Assembly (NCBI RefSeq): GCF_006345805.1
Contig: NC_043007.1
Span: forward strand, 74,524,001-74,588,000
Length of the DNA stretch: 64,000 nucleotides
Source: Octopus sinensis
Taxonomy: Eukaryota
Direction: 5' to 3'
Part shown: positions 53,172 to 64,000 of the stretch, piece after piece
Layout: the number at the start of each line of letters is the position of its first letter
Position numbering within the stretch: position 1 is the stretch's first letter
Notes under the pieces: model-generated
The model's input: only the letters and a program-made list of their open reading frames with translations
The model's database searches: none
What the model was told of the DNA's origin: nothing
Made by a program: the position numbers and the translations under genes

Positions 53172-55902
53172 CACACATATATATATATATATATATAGGT
53201 ATGTATGTATCTGTTATATGCAACAGTAGAAATATTAAAATGTAATAGCCGTTTGTGTCTAATATTTAATTTAAATGCATCATGATTTAATATCAATGCT
53301 GGGGTACTGGTTCAGATACAATATCTCTTACGGACCTACTATGTGTAAAATTACAAATACATCAGTAGCAAACGAAAATTCATTCTTGCAGCCACATGTA
53401 AGAATGCTTGATGCGTATTTCTGCCTGGTTGAACTTTGTCAGTTCCATGAACGCATTACCAACCGCATACTCAGACGAAATCTGGTGCTACTGATATAAG
53501 AAAACGGCGATCGAACAGCCACTGCTGTTGCAATTAGGCACAAATGATAGTTTTAACACAATACTGCTTCTATTGCATATAACGAACTTTTATTCAGCTG
53601 GGCGGCTAATTGCAACATCAGTGATTGCTCTCCGATTTGGTGGCTCAGTTTTCATTGAAATTTTGTCATTGGCCGAAAATCATTTTATACTCAGCTATGC
53701 ATGATTAAGTTTAAAGTAAGGAATATACATAAAGACAAGCAAGATTTGAATTTTAGTATTATATATATATATTCTTTTATCCTTTTACTTGTTTCACTCA
53801 TTTGACTGCGGCCATGCCGGAGTACCACTTTAAAGGGTGTCAGAAATTGCCCGAAGTACTTATTATTTGTAAGCCTAGTACTTATTCTGTCGGTCTCTTT
53901 TGCCGAACCGCTCAGTTACGGGGATATAAACACACCAACATCGGTTATCAAGTGATGGTGGGGGACAAACACACAGACACACACACATACATATATATGT
54001 TAGGGTTCTGTAATACATTAGCGGTACCAATAATTAGTTGTTAAATCTCAATATACTTATATTCACAGTGTTAGTAAGGACCGGCGCTGAGGAGTTGTGA
54101 AATGTCAGACATTAAAAGTGCTCTGAGGAAGCTATAACATTCCACACAGGCACTCAGCTATTGATCTACATTTCCTTATAGCAGAAACAACAGTAAGCTA
54201 TTGAAAGTGATTACGTAAGTCTTGTTCTTTTGTGATTCGAATACACATGCACACACACATGGATACGCATACATGTATGTATACATACACACGTAAATGT
54301 ATTGTGTGTGCGTATTATATGCTGTTAATATTAAATACCGGTTGACTAATCTTTCCCTCCGGCTACCTGACCCGCCAAACGATTAATTCTATTTATCTGC
54401 ACGGATATTTGGGATAAAAACAAACATTTTAAGACATCAAACATTAATTAGAGTGGTTCTAATTAGGACTTGAAATCATGTCGACCAAATGAAGGTCTAA
54501 TGAAGAGTGGTGTATGTGTGCGTATATACAAGTATGTGTGCATGCATAAATGAATGCATATACTTTTATGAGTATATGTATATGTGCGTAAATGTTATAT
54601 CTGTATACATGTGTGCATATGTATACATATGCATGCGTATGATACATACACACATACACACACACAGACACACACAACACACACATATATTCTCTGAAGC
54701 AGATGTGAATTGAGTTTATACGCACACTCACACACACACTCTCTCTTTCTCTCTCTCTAACACACACTCTCTCTTTTTCTCTCTCTCTCTCACACACACG
54801 CGCACACGCATATATATGCATACGATGGGCTTCCACGCAGTTTCTTTTAACTAAATTCACTCTCAAGACATTGATCGACCCGGGGCTATAGAAGAAGGCA
54901 TTTCCCCAAAGTGTCGTGCAATGGGATTGAAATCCAAACCACACGGTTTGTTGCAAACCGAGCTTCTCAGCCACACAGCCATGTCTGCTTATGAAGCCTG
55001 CATACCCGCTTTAATAAACCACAGTAATATCGAACAACTTACAACCAGAACTTATTAACTGAAAATAGCTTTCTTGCAGAGAATGAAATTTGGTATATTT
55101 CCCTCAGGTTCAAACGTTGCCGATTTGATTAATTTCTGGTGACCATTGTTCTGCAAACATTTTTCAAAATTAATGAAATTTGCCTGGAGTTCAGAACGAC
55201 ATGCAATTGTGAACAAATATTTTCATCGATGAAATTCATATTAAATAATCTCACGAATGCCTGATTGAAGCCTGGAAAGTTTTCTGTTGTTCTCCATAAT
55301 TAATTTAAGAACAAACATTGACGGAATCAAGACAGACTGAAAAGTCTCATTAAAAATGATGTTTACATTGTTTTTACGGGTGCGGTGTGGCTTTGTGGTA
55401 AGAAGGTTGCTTCCCAACCACATGGTTCCGGGTTCAGTCCCACTGCGTGGCACGTTGGGCAAGTATCTTCTTTAGCCTCGGGCCAACCAAAGCTTTGTGA
55501 GTGGATCTGGTAGACGGAAATTGAAAAAAGTCCGTCTTGTGTATGTGTGTGTGTGTGTGTGTGTGTATAGCAAAAATTTAGATTCAGATGAATATGGTAC
55601 TTAAGTTAAGGCACCAGAATTTAGTACGGTATTATCCATACAATTTCAAAGTAAGGTGATTAAAATCAAAATAAGGTGGTGCTCCAGCATGGCCGCTGTC
55701 AAATGACTGAGACAAGTAAAAGAATAAAAGAATATTATCGCGTGAGCAATAAACAAATAAATAGTTAAAAGAAAATTGTACATGCCTCAGAACATCCCCA
55801 AACTAGACACCAATATCTAATCCTAATTAAATTACATATAAAGAAAACCAAACAATACCAAAATAAGTGATTGGATTTGGTAGGCGGAAACTGAAAGAAG
55901 CC

Positions 55903-55941
<39 letters not shown>

Positions 55942-56833
55942 GCATGTGTGTGTGTATATGTTCGCGTGTCTGTGTTTGTCCCCCCAACATCGCTTGACAA
56001 CCGATGCTGGTGTGTATACGTCCCCGTAACTTAGTGGTTCGGCAAAAGAGTCCGATAGAATAAGTACTAGGCTTACAAAGAATTTGTCGATTTGCTCAAC
56101 ATGTCGGATCCTGGTTAGCGTAGTATTCCAATATTCGAAGGAAGATCGGTCAGGCACTGATCAATAGGAAGGGGAGCACCTCATAACTCCAAGATGTGAT
56201 CTTGGCTTAAAATAAGACATATAGAGTGAACAATAACAACAGCAACAACACCGCCAACAACAACAGTAATGATAATAATAAATGTCCTGATCCAGGCAGA
56301 CACTCTTATGGCTTCTGATCTTAACTGATTGGAAGTGTTATCATGCACATTGTTTTGTCTTGATATAAAAAATGGGCTACATCAAATATTCTGGTCAATA
56401 CCACAGATTTGCTTGTCAGTTGCTTGACCTTAACTAGTTGAACACGTCCCTTAGTGGATGATGATATGTGCATCTTTGATCATGAGCAGGAGTAGTGGGG
56501 CAGCATCATAGCTGTGTGTTGAAAGGAATTCTTTGGAGTTTGAATAATTCACCTCTGGAAACATGGGTGCTTTGTTCATCTTCCTTAAGTAAACCTTATT
56601 CAGGGACCTTTTAAGCTGGATGGGCTACTCGATCTGAAAGAAAATTCTAACTGGGCCCCACCTTCAAGCTCATGCACTGTTTATCGCGACATGAGATCAC
56701 CATGTCACGTATATAAGGTTGTGATGCATGTGCCTGGTGCTACCTTATCAGACAGGTAATCACGATGGGTATATTGGGCTTCGTATATTTGTGCCCCAGT
56801 GTCCCTTTGGTGGCATGCATTGCTCTCTCACTC

Positions 56834-56888
<55 letters not shown>

Positions 56889-57202
56889 GTAATAATAATA
56901 ATTTAGATGAGGAAAGGAAAAATTATGTCGGCATTACGATCGTTTCCGTAAAGGAACATTTTTTATTTCATATTTCATACAATATTATGTAATACATTCC
57001 GTGTATAGAAATATGTAATAATAATTTTATAGTTCGTTGCACATATACGTAGTTAGGATAAATCCCAGCTGTTTCTTCTTGAAGCACATCTGCTTAATAT
57101 ATTATTACAATCAATATGTATCCAAAGTCTATTAAACATGTGAATCTGCTTACATTATTTACATTCGACGGATATCTGTCCTCATCTCGTTTGTTTTTAA
57201 CA

Positions 57203-57320
57203 GAACGTTTCGGCTGATATACCCTCCAGCCTTCATCAGGTGTCTTGGGGAAATTTAGAACCTGGGTTTTTCATTCCTAAGAAGGCTGAAGAAGGCTGGA
57301 GGGTATATCAGCCGAAACGT
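57203..57320. ncRNA. Inverted pair of minimal hammerhead-like cores
   Basis: Minus copy CTGATGA-a-GGCTG-gagggtatat-CAGCC-GAAAC-GT-T at 57203-57239; plus copy with CTGAAGA at 57286-57320. Confidence 0.5.
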
Positions 57321-57499
57321 TGTGTTAACAACAAACAAGATGATAACAAATATTCGTCGAATGTAAATAATGTACACATTTTCTTATCTCTTAAATATAG
57401 AACTGTATGTGAATCTTTGTTATTCCTATTAGCAAATGAAACACCTGTAATGGAGAATAAATAATACCCCAAAATTACACTTTCGTGTTTTGTTATACA

Positions 57500-57718
57500 T
57501 AAATACATAATACATACTGCATACATACATACATACATGACATACACACATTTACATACATACATACTACATACATACAACTACATACATACATACATAG
57601 ATACAGGTATGTATGTATATATATATATATATAAATATATGTATGTATTATATATATATATCTATATATATATGTATGTATATATATATATATATATATA
57701 TATAATGTATGTATATAT

Positions 57719-57749
<31 letters not shown>

Positions 57750-57838
57750 GTATGTATGATCTTATATATAGATATATATATATATATGTATGTATATATA
57801 TTATATATATATATATATGTATGTATATAATATCTATC

Positions 57839-57869
<31 letters not shown>

Positions 57870-57880
57870 ATATATATGTA

Positions 57881-57920
<40 letters not shown>

Positions 57921-57942
57921 ATATGATAATATATATATAATA

Positions 57943-57973
<31 letters not shown>

Positions 57974-58019
57974 TATATATATATATATATATGTATGTAT
58001 TATTAATATATATATATAT

Positions 58020-58051
<32 letters not shown>

Positions 58052-58080
58052 ATATATATATCTATATATATATATATAAT
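57500..58080. repeat. Degenerate (TA)n/(TATG)n low-complexity tract
   Basis: Direct read. Confidence 0.95.
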
Positions 58081-58483
58081 CTCGCTAAAACTCTTTTTCT
58101 TTCACGGTCAGAAGTCAAGTCTGTTAACTGATTGCTCGAAAAGCTTCTTATTTAAATTGATCTTGAAAATTATCCTTGCAGCACATGGACGGGGATTAAG
58201 TATTCAAGTCTATTAAGTGAGGTAAATACGACGAGTATTTTTCCTTAAATGCCGTTAGGTAGCTCATATAATAAGCACCGTTAACAAAAGTGAAGCTTTT
58301 ATACAGCGTAGCGAAGAACATTCTGGAGTTTGTCTTTGTTTATTATTTTCGTAATTACGAACTTTGTAGCAGTTTTCCTGATTATATATCTCCTTGATTA
58401 AAGGTTAATCTTACGTGGTGGCTCATTAGGAACAGTAGCTAACAATTACACAATGCATAGATTATAATAACATCACAGCAGCA

Positions 58484-58581
<98 letters not shown>

Positions 58582-58905
58582 GCGTTTCTTACTTCGAATA
58601 AAAAATCAGCTTGTTTTATACTCCTGCTTCTGGAATGTTATTGCTTTATATCGAATACAGTTTGCCATAATTTCAAAGAATTCATTGAAAAAAAAATTAT
58701 TTATTATTTATTTATTTGTTTATTTAATGGTTTACTTACATAGGCGTAGGAGTGGCTGTGTGGTAAGTAGCTTGCTTACGAACCACAGGATTCCGGATTC
58801 AGTCCTATTGCGTGGCACCTTGGGCAAGTGTCTTCTACTATAGCTTCGGGCCGACCAAACACTTGTGAGTGGATTTGGTAGACGGAGACTGAAAGAAGCC
58901 CTTCT

Positions 58906-58947
<42 letters not shown>

Positions 58948-59089
58948 TATATATATATTCATCGGGATCACCGTGTCGGACCAGGCTATCAGATGTTGCT
59001 ACACATCACTACACATCACTGGTCACAATGCGCTTCGTATTGTTTTAGCCTTCAAATGACGCAACCCCGCTGGCTAAGCGAGCAGGCCA

Positions 59090-59120
<31 letters not shown>

Positions 59121-59314
59121 ATATAGCTACTGCACGCATTTTTTTTTCTCTCCTTCTTTCTGTGTTTTTCTCTCTCTGTGTATCTTTCTGTTGAAGAGCG
59201 TAGGCTCGAAACGTTAAAGACTTGTTTTATTTATATTTCCTGAGCGCCATACTAATACAATTGTTCGTTTGTTTTCACCTGCCTTCGTCTTTGTTTATTT
59301 TCATAAAGCTTCCC

Positions 59315-59347
<33 letters not shown>

Positions 59348-60129
59348 TATGCATGTATGTATGAGTGTATATGTTTGTGTGTCTGTTTGTCCCCCGATAT
59401 CGCTTGACAACCGATGCTGGTGTGTTACCAGCAAAATAGACCGATAGAATAAGTACTAGGCTTACAAAGAATAAGTCCTGGGTCGATTTGCTCGACTAAA
59501 GGCGGTGCTCTAGCATGGCCACAGTCAAATGACTGAAACAAGTAAACGAGTAAAAGGGTTACTTATTTAAGCCCTTCGCTTCCTTTGGAGCAGAGGCCAT
59601 CGGCGAATTTCTTCTCCTCTTCTCGACTTTGAGTTGTCTTTCCTGCTTTGAGTTGTCCTTAGAGTCGGATCTCTAGTTTTTCCTTTCAGATTTTGCTGCA
59701 CTACTTCGTATGTTTCCCCGAGGGAAAGCCTTCTTCTTCCAGATCTTTTGCTTTTGAATTAATATCAGTGTTTCTGTAACTTTGCTTATTCTAGATAAGG
59801 ATGTTGGCTTTATGCAAACCCATATTTACCTCTGGGAAGAGGAGGTTCATGTTAGTCTAACTTTTATCCTCCAACCTATCCAGCATGGGAGGCCCTACCA
59901 GGAGCTTGCAATCTGATGGCTTAGCTCTCTCTGGGTCATTGAGGCATGCAAGCCACCACACTATCAAAAGTATTTGTAATAGATTCAATGTCTTTGTCGA
60001 AAGAAAGTTGGCAGTGCCCGCAACCCTTTCCAGGGGCTCCGTGACCAATGGGAGGAAGGAAGGAAAACTCGATTTCAATATTTGCTACAAAAGCAAATTA
60101 AAAAAAACAAAAACTGACAGAATTTTATG

Positions 60130-60545
60130 TTTATTACCAAAACAAATAGATTTATAAATCTTACGTCAAACTTTTATTGAAAATTTTTAACATGTCTGTA
60201 TCCTTGCATACTTCAAATTTCCCCTTGACGTTATGAAACACATTTTGAAGCATTTCAGAAGTTAGCCCCTGCACTGCTAACTGAATGTGGTCTTTAAGCT
60301 CAGCTAAACGATTGCTCCATCTTGGGGATGAAGATAAAGAAAATGATTGCTGCCAAATTGAAAAAAGACTGTCATGGACAAATATGAAGGGCCCAAGAGG
60401 AATGAAAATAAAATTATAAACAAAATTCAAAATTTATACACTTTTAACACATATTAAATATGATAAACATAGATAAAAGTGAGTTTTGAAAAAAATGCAT
60501 CAGATTTCACTCAGATCATCATTAATTCTGGGACACCTTGTGTTT
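60130..60545 (-). mobile_element. Tc1/mariner-superfamily C-terminal remnant
   Basis: LAELKDHIQLAVQGLTSEMLQNVFHNVKGKFEVC resembles the L-ELK--I--A---I---ML--V--N---R---C terminus; TIR-like aattctgggacaccttgtg. Confidence 0.6.
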
Positions 60546-60647
60546 ACACGTCCGACTAAACGGGGTGAGGTAACTAATTGCAGGTGGCGAGCGTAGCTTC
60601 CGGAAGTGGTCAGACGGTCAAACTCAAATGGCTGAGTCACAGCAGCA

Positions 60648-61484
60648 GTTTGATTTTTTGTATGAACATTTTGCATTATATAATTCAGACACAGGTGACA
60701 TAGAAAGCTGACATGCTGCCGGGCCATGCTGCGTTGCACAGGATTGGAAACGTGAAACATCAACAGGGAGTTTCTGGAGAATGGATGAATGGGTTTGTTG
60801 TGCCATTTCCCAACCGCACACACACGCACATGGCTCGTGTAGTGGTGTGCGGGATGGTAACATGAAGCATCAAGAGGGCACCGACAAAAATTTTAATGTC
60901 CTTCTCATTTCCTCTGCTAAACTGGACAGAAAGGTTTTCAAGAAATATTACACGCTACTTATAATGCATATTTTATCGTCGGCCTAAAACGAAGATAAAA
61001 CCCAGTGCAGTATACGCAAATCGGATTAATCTGCATTTTTGTGGGGCCCATAGTCGGCGTCGGAATTTCTTTTTTAGTCAACTGCAATTCGAGGAGCCTG
61101 ATTAATGTTTCTTATATATTTGGAGAAAAGCGACTGGACACTCTTCAAATTACGGGCCTTAACACTGCAAAAATACTTTAAAACTGCGGTTTATTTGCCC
61201 CTGAGCCCGCATTAGTCAAGAAGTAGAAAATGTTTTTTGGACTTTGACACTTCATAGACCCTATGTAATGCATGTATAAAATTTCATTAAAATCGGCTGG
61301 GTGGATCTCGAGTTTTAACGATATGACAAACTCAGACAGACACACATCTATTTATCCATTCTCCAGAAATGCCCTGTTGATATTTCACATTTCCAATCCT
61401 GTGCAACGCAGCATGGCCCGGCAGCATGTCAATTCATCTGTGTCTGAATTATATAATGCAAAATGTTTATACAAAAAATCAAAC
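60648..61484. repeat. Inverted duplication, ~140 bp arms (60648-60790 and 61350-61484)
   Basis: gtttgattttttgtatgaacattttgcattatataattcagacacag is mirrored as ctgtgtctgaattatataatgcaaaatgtttatacaaaaaatcaaac. Confidence 0.85.
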
Positions 61485-62214
61485 TTTCTATCAGCGTTAG
61501 TCTCGTTCTTCTAACATTACTCTATATATTCTCTCTCTCCGCTCTAAATAAGATTAAGTTGTGCTGGATTAATTGTCAATATTCAGTGCTGGATTAAGTT
61601 CATAGAATGGATTTTATGAACTTTAAAGGGCGAAGATAAATAATGGTTTCAAATTTTGGCACAAGGCCAGCAAATTGGGGAGAGGGGTAAGTTGATTACA
61701 TGGATCCCAGGGCCCAACTAGTGCTTATTTTATCGATCCCTAAAGTAGACCTCAGAATTTGAACTGAGCACGTAAAGACGGGCGAAATGCCACCAAGTAT
61801 TTTGCCCGGAGTGCTAACTATTCTGCCAGCTGGAAATATATAATGATTGTGATAATTATGATTTGTTCTAAGGTATAAGTGAATTAAAATAACTACGATT
61901 AGGGACAGAAACTTAGTCATAGACTTGGCTTGTAGGGAACTTCATGTTAATTCTCGGCATTTACTTTATGATTAAATATTGGTGTCTTTTGCGGAAGCGC
62001 AAGATCAAATATATTCGTGGAAAAATTAAAATCAAATGACATAAAAATAATGCATCTATCCTAGTTTATCATTGATCCAGGATAATGTTGTACGCTCATT
62101 GTGAGCAGTGTTTACGGGTTATCAAACAGCCAAAGATTCTCCTTTGAGAGCAAAAGCGTACCCCAGCAGTTATCCACAAGACTCAGGACAGCTTAGGGTC
62201 TTGGAACAAAATCT

Positions 62215-62654
62215 GGATCTTTTCGGTTTGAACGGCAGTTTTTAACATAATTTCTAGGTAACTAAAAAATTTTAAACTTCGTATACTGGTAGATTGTGTT
62301 TATAAAACATCTTTTTCTCTTGGCTTTATTGAGAAAAGTCTATAGTTTGTAAGATATTTGTTTTTTTTTTCTTCAATTTCTGCAATTTCAACCAATCACT
62401 GACGTCTATTTAGGTAAAAAAAACATTCTGTGCCGTATGAATATGTCCCTCGTTTAAGAAACAGATTGGGTTTATTTACATTTGTGAAGAAAAAAAGATA
62501 CCCTTTCCCCCACCCCTAACCCTAATCCTAACCCTAACTAACCCTAACCCCAAAACAGATTGAAATGCAATAGATCGATACTAGGGTCATAATTATGGGT
62601 GACAATTTCATATGACACCGCTAGAAAAAACTGCCGTTCAAACCGAAAAGATCC
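62215..62654. mobile_element. 440-bp MITE with GG-initiated TIRs and a perfect 8-bp TSD (Merlin- or hAT-like)
   Basis: caaaatct|ggatcttttcggtttgaacggcagttt ... aaactgccgttcaaaccgaaaagatcc|caaaatct. Confidence 0.88.
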
Positions 62655-63660
62655 CAAAATCTATTTCCCCAGACATTCTATTATTTACTGAATCATTTAA
62701 AACACTGTGTTTTTTTTTTTTGGAGAACGAAACACCCGTGATAAATGAGGATAGGCATACTAACTTTACTAACTGTACTGATGTTGGAATGAGTAAAGAA
62801 AACATTAACTTCAACGGGATTTGAATTCAAAAGACGGCGGGGAATATGATGTAATGTATATAGTCTTTTTTTCTCTACGCTACTAACAAAAACCACAGTT
62901 TTTTATGAATCTGATATTAGACTATACACACTAAATAATTATTATATAGCTATAAGAGTGTAGATAATGGATCATATACATCCTATTTGCTATCTATGAT
63001 CCAAATTAAACAAATCAAACAACAGCTTCACTGTCTTTATAAATTTTCAGCATAAAATTTTAAATTTATCTAATTCTATATTGAAATTAAATGTACAATA
63101 TAAATATTTACATACGCATGTAGAGAGATAGATAAATATAAAGAATAGTAAAAGCTTGAATATTAAAAAAAATGTTATCAAAGTAAGCAAGTATTTGGCA
63201 TCGTGTACACATTTGCATCAAAACTGATAATCTCACTGCTAACATGAACTCCTCCTCTTTAAGAGGTTTAACATGTTGGGAGAGGCGAACGGATGAGGTT
63301 TAATCTTTATAATCTCTTTTGCTCGTGTCCTTATTTGTATTTATATTAAGATTAAATATTTACTCAATGCTTATATCAAAGGCAGATCAAAGATTAAATG
63401 TTAATGACCTTTTGGGTTGACTAACGATCAGAAAGAACCGCGTGTTTCAGTGACTCGTGACATGACGAGAGCAGCTTTTCAGGTGGCGGTGAATGAAGTG
63501 TTTCATCTGATGTTTTTACACAGCATTCGCCAGTGAGAAAAAGATGCGTGTGAAATATATATATATATATATATATAATAATAATAAATATTAGGGAATG
63601 AATCCAAAATTACAGGGAAAAATCAGATTTAGGGTTAAATCCAATTTTATAGTAAAATAT

Positions 63661-63895
63661 TATATAATATAATTCGAGACAAAACCACTATTTTAAAACC
63701 AAACAAGGAAAGACTTAATCAATACATAAAATTTTAATATAAATTAAATAAAATAAATAATAAAATAAATAAAATAAATAAAATAAATAAAAATAAATAA
63801 AATAAATAATTTATATTATTAAAATTTTATGTATTGATTAAGTCTTTCCTTGTTTGGTTTTAAAATAGTGGTTTTGTCTCGAATTATATTATATA
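63661..63895. repeat. Inverted repeat (~79 bp arms) around an (AAAT)-rich spacer, in a Penelope-like repeat
   Basis: 63661-63739 is the reverse complement of 63817-63895. Confidence 0.88.
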
Positions 63896-63959
63896 TATAT
63901 AATATAAATAATATATAAATATATGCATCTATACATACATATATGTACATACCTACATA

Positions 63960-64000
<41 letters not shown>

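Overview
AT-rich, microsatellite-dense animal genomic DNA. The SINE, Penelope, Tc1/mariner and RLE-LINE repeats look like those I associate with octopus, so a coleoid cephalopod source is an inference. Most of the six-frame ORF track is microsatellite or repeat noise. The main signal is three widely spaced plus-strand short ORFs (15826-16011, 37329-37562, 46479-46754). Each encodes a 61-91 aa single-pass membrane protein with the exact InaF-motif spacing V-x-x-Y-x13-YY-x3-(W/Y)-x-P, and each is followed shortly after its stop by a splice-donor-like site. This resembles the Drosophila inaF locus, where alternative coding exons encode TRP-channel auxiliary subunits and splice to a shared non-coding exon. 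The window also holds a probable terminal coding exon of an upstream gene (126-331), a truncated 5S rRNA copy, several hammerhead-ribozyme-like motifs in Penelope-like repeats, many local inverted duplications and palindromes, an apparent CpG-poor to CpG-retaining transition near 28-35 kb, and a 100-N gap (43489-43588). No database search was possible: family assignments come from motif recognition and coordinates were counted by hand.
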